Source: Ginkgo biloba (Eukaryota; Plantae; Ginkgophyta). Taken from it: DNA of 23,675 nt. Location of the stretch: assembly GCA_024626585.2 (NCBI GenBank), contig JANKJI020000004.1, positions 48,638,692-48,662,366 of the forward strand. Reading direction: 5' to 3'. The notes under the pieces are model-generated. The model searched no databases, was not told the origin of the DNA, and worked only from the letters and a program-made list of their open reading frames with translations. The position numbers and the translations under genes are program-made. Numbering within the stretch: the stretch's first letter is position 1; each line of letters starts with the position of its first letter. Positions 21,130 through 23,675 of this stretch are shown piece by piece.

Positions 21130-22200
21130 TGAGGGGGATGGGGGTCAAGGATTGACTGGGACTTGTCTTTCATCATCTCCGTCACCCTCAAGCAATACTT
21201 GAGTCCTTGTTATTTTCCCAATACCACTATCCCTTGTTGTTGCTATTTTTTAATGTGGCATTATATCATTGCCAAATTGGCCTTCAAAGACCTATTCTCC
21301 TCCTACAACTCTTGCATGATGGATGCTTGATTGAAATTCATATCATCAATGAAATCTTTGTAGATGGACCCCATTATGTTCAATATTTATTGTATCTATC
21401 CCACCTCATGATCAAATTCTTGACATTTTCTTTTGGCATCTACAAGTTCCATCTGAATTTGTGCATGTAAGCATACCACATTGTGGATTGCACTTTATTT
21501 CCTCTATTGTATCCCATCTCTTGATCTTTCTTTACCTAAGATCCCAGTTGACAAATAATGTCTTTAAACTCTAGTGGGGTTTTCCCCTCATAGGCTATTT
21601 TGAATTCATTGATTCCTTCTCTCTTCCCATGATATATTTAGTCATAAACATTACCCATTTATGCACAATATTGAACGAATGGCTCTATTGCTCAATTCAT
21701 TATCCTATTGCTCTTGTTCATCAAATGCCCTACTCAATTCACCTTGTTTCTTCTTCAATCCATGGCCTCTAAACAAGGCTTGACTGCTAACAACCTCCTC
21801 TTTTGACAACCTTTTGATAGCCTTGCATTTATGCGGTTGGTTTGATCTTGAAAACAAGTTGTGGGTGTTGTTTTGGGTTTACTTTTGGCATCTTGGGTAG
21901 TTTGGATGTCGAAGTTTACAAGCATTTCTAGTTGTTGGGTTTCCATTTTAATTGAACGGTTAAACGTATCTAGTAAATCCATTCTATCACACTTTGTTTA
22001 GCATCCTCAAATTGAGCCATAGTTTCTCGATTTATATGAGATCATTGGAAACTCCCAAGTCCATTGTTTGAGCACCTGCTCATCATCCTCTATCTTGGTT
22101 GATGGCAACTAAAGATTTGGGCATTGTTGATATGAATGTGGCAATCTTCTATCTTGTGCTAATGCCATGTCTTCAAACAAGAATTCAATTCTCACATTAA
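21130..22200 (-). pseudogene. Decayed coiled-coil-rich ORF, probably the tail of a retroelement accessory ORF
   Basis: Purine-rich minus strand with peptides such as LHAQIQMELVDAKRKCQEFDHEV, IMQEL*EENRSLKANL and MDLLDTFNRSIKMETQQLEML, broken by stops and frameshifts. No diagnostic motif. Confidence 0.35.
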
Positions 22201-22230
22201 AAGAAGGAGAGTATTTTTACTAGCTCACTG

Positions 22231-22263
22231 GTGTGTGCGTGCGTGTGCATGTGTGCGTGCATA
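22231..22263. repeat. Degenerate (GT/GC)n alternating purine-pyrimidine tract
   Basis: GTGTGTGCGTGCGTGTGCATGTGTGCGTGCATA, 33 nt of unbroken R/Y alternation. Confidence 0.9.
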
Positions 22264-23274
22264 GCAATCTTGTGAGCAAGATTTGGGTGAACGTTATGAC
22301 CCTAATTAATATTAATTATTAGCATCAAGGTTGTATTATTACTAATTATTAGTTAATATGTAATTAGTATTTAAGTGAAGGTCACATGATNNNNNNNNNN
22401 NNNNNNNNNNNNNNNNNNNNNNNNNNNNNNNNNNNNNNNNNNNNNNNNNNNNNNNNNNNNNNNNNNNNNNNNNNNNNNNNNNNNNNNNNNCTCTTATCAA
22501 CTTCAAATATACAATCATGTTTTCCTTTTTAAATTACAAGGAATACCAACAAAAACTATAGTTGGAAACTTCCATAAAGCATTCTTACAAACTATTAGTG
22601 ATGCGCAAACAAATTTTCAAATTAGTCGTACTTAACTTGTATCATTAGACACAATTACCAATACCCAGTAAGGTCACTTTCCCTCCCCATGTTAGGGTTT
22701 TTTATACATATACCCATTTTTTAGTGTGCCACACAAGCCCCTTTAGCATTTTGTTGTTCCATTCATTCACTACACACAACATTAGACATAAATTTTTATA
22801 GTCCAAGGTCAACTCTTCAACAAGCCTATGCATTCTTCCAAGATAATTTCAATCTTGCATTTTAGGTATTACAATGAAGGGATACAATGCTTGGTTGCAC
22901 ACCCATATGGGCAAGACGCATATTTTATACCCTGAGCAACCTTCAACCATTAATGACATCTTAGCACCAATAGAAGATGGGTTCAATGAAGAAATTTTAC
23001 AATATGATGATTAAATGGCATAGGTACCTTTGACATCATGGGAGTTGCTCATGTAAACATCTTCAATGTATCATATCGGTGGAAATGATTCGAAAACAAA
23101 GAACAATTTTAGGAAGTGAGGGAATTGAATGAATCTATTTTACCTTATTACTATAATACATCCTCTAATTAATTAGTTATCTAGTTGGAATGCATAACCA
23201 TAGCTAGTTGCTAGAAAGGTGATTTACCCTAGTTTCTATGGACAGTTATAGTTAATGAAATCTCAAAAGACCTT

Positions 23275-23667
23275 TGTTAATGATACCCTACGTCACACAA
23301 GGGAGATATGCATAGAGTTCAATGTCTTCAAGGACACTCAAAGTGTAGAAACAAAATACCAAAATTGGTCTAGCATCCAGAAAATAACACAGAAGACCAA
23401 AAATCCAGTGGAATTGGTCTACCTTCAATTTCATTAACTCTACTTCAATATGTACAAAGCTTCAACATGTATAAATACATTTTACATTCTGTAACGGTCA
23501 TTCCTAAACACGATGCTTGTCTAGTAACACCCGACACATGTCAACATAGGAACAGACCTAAGGACGACTCACCCCTATTACACTTTTACCCTTATCAATG
23601 ACCTAGGTTCACAACATTAAGTTGTGACCCCGATTACAACATGTAAATATTAACATATATTCTAACA
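23275..23667 (-). mobile_element. 3' LTR (393 bp) of a probable Ty1/Copia element whose body lies beyond the window
   Basis: Minus strand starts TGTTAG and ends TTAACA (5-bp terminal inverted repeat TGTTA/TAACA), is preceded by AGGGGAAG and has a TATTTATA TATA-like box near 23470-23477. The Copia assignment is inferred only from the PPT-TGTTAG junction style. Confidence 0.7.
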
Positions 23668-23675
23668 CTTCCCCT
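23668..23675 (-). promoter_or_regulatory. Polypurine tract (partial, AGGGGAAG)
   Basis: Purine run directly abutting the LTR TG, cut by the window edge. Confidence 0.7.

Noticed and set aside
22690-23110. Possible coding relic on either strand
   Set aside because: Both strands give short plausible peptides but no motif, so I could not choose a strand or family.

Overview
An AT-rich, gap-riddled eukaryotic window that is almost entirely decayed, nested plant retrotransposon debris. A gymnosperm-type genome is my inference from the element families and is not proven. I found no intact host gene, RNA gene or CRISPR array. Well-supported pieces: (1) the 3' end of an L1 LINE with zf-RVT, a C-terminal RNase H and a poly(A) tail (1766-3447, +); (2) a second L1 ORF2 fragment (about 14040-14800, +); (3) an L1 ORF1 with DUF4283 and a zinc knuckle (about 16644-17832, -); (4) two Ty3/Gypsy aspartic-protease remnants (about 1383-1665 and 10104-10484, +); (5) a non-chromovirus Gypsy integrase C-terminus (11791-12345, +); (6) a chromovirus 3' end with integrase tail, chromodomain, PPT and LTR (17833-18546, -) abutting the LINE ORF1; (7) a probable Copia 3' LTR with PPT at the window end (23275-23675, -). 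The least explained material is a phase-compatible three-exon pseudogene on the minus strand (5486-6393), a roughly 310-codon decayed ORF of unknown family (6481-7417), decayed retroelement 'extra ORF' domains (15126-16540, possibly also about 20490-20850), and two short palindromic direct repeats. Seven gaps are exactly 100 N, so adjacency across them is unverified. I see no convincing evidence of a novel functional system; the unexplained ORF relics are the best leads. All translations were done by hand and no database searches were run.
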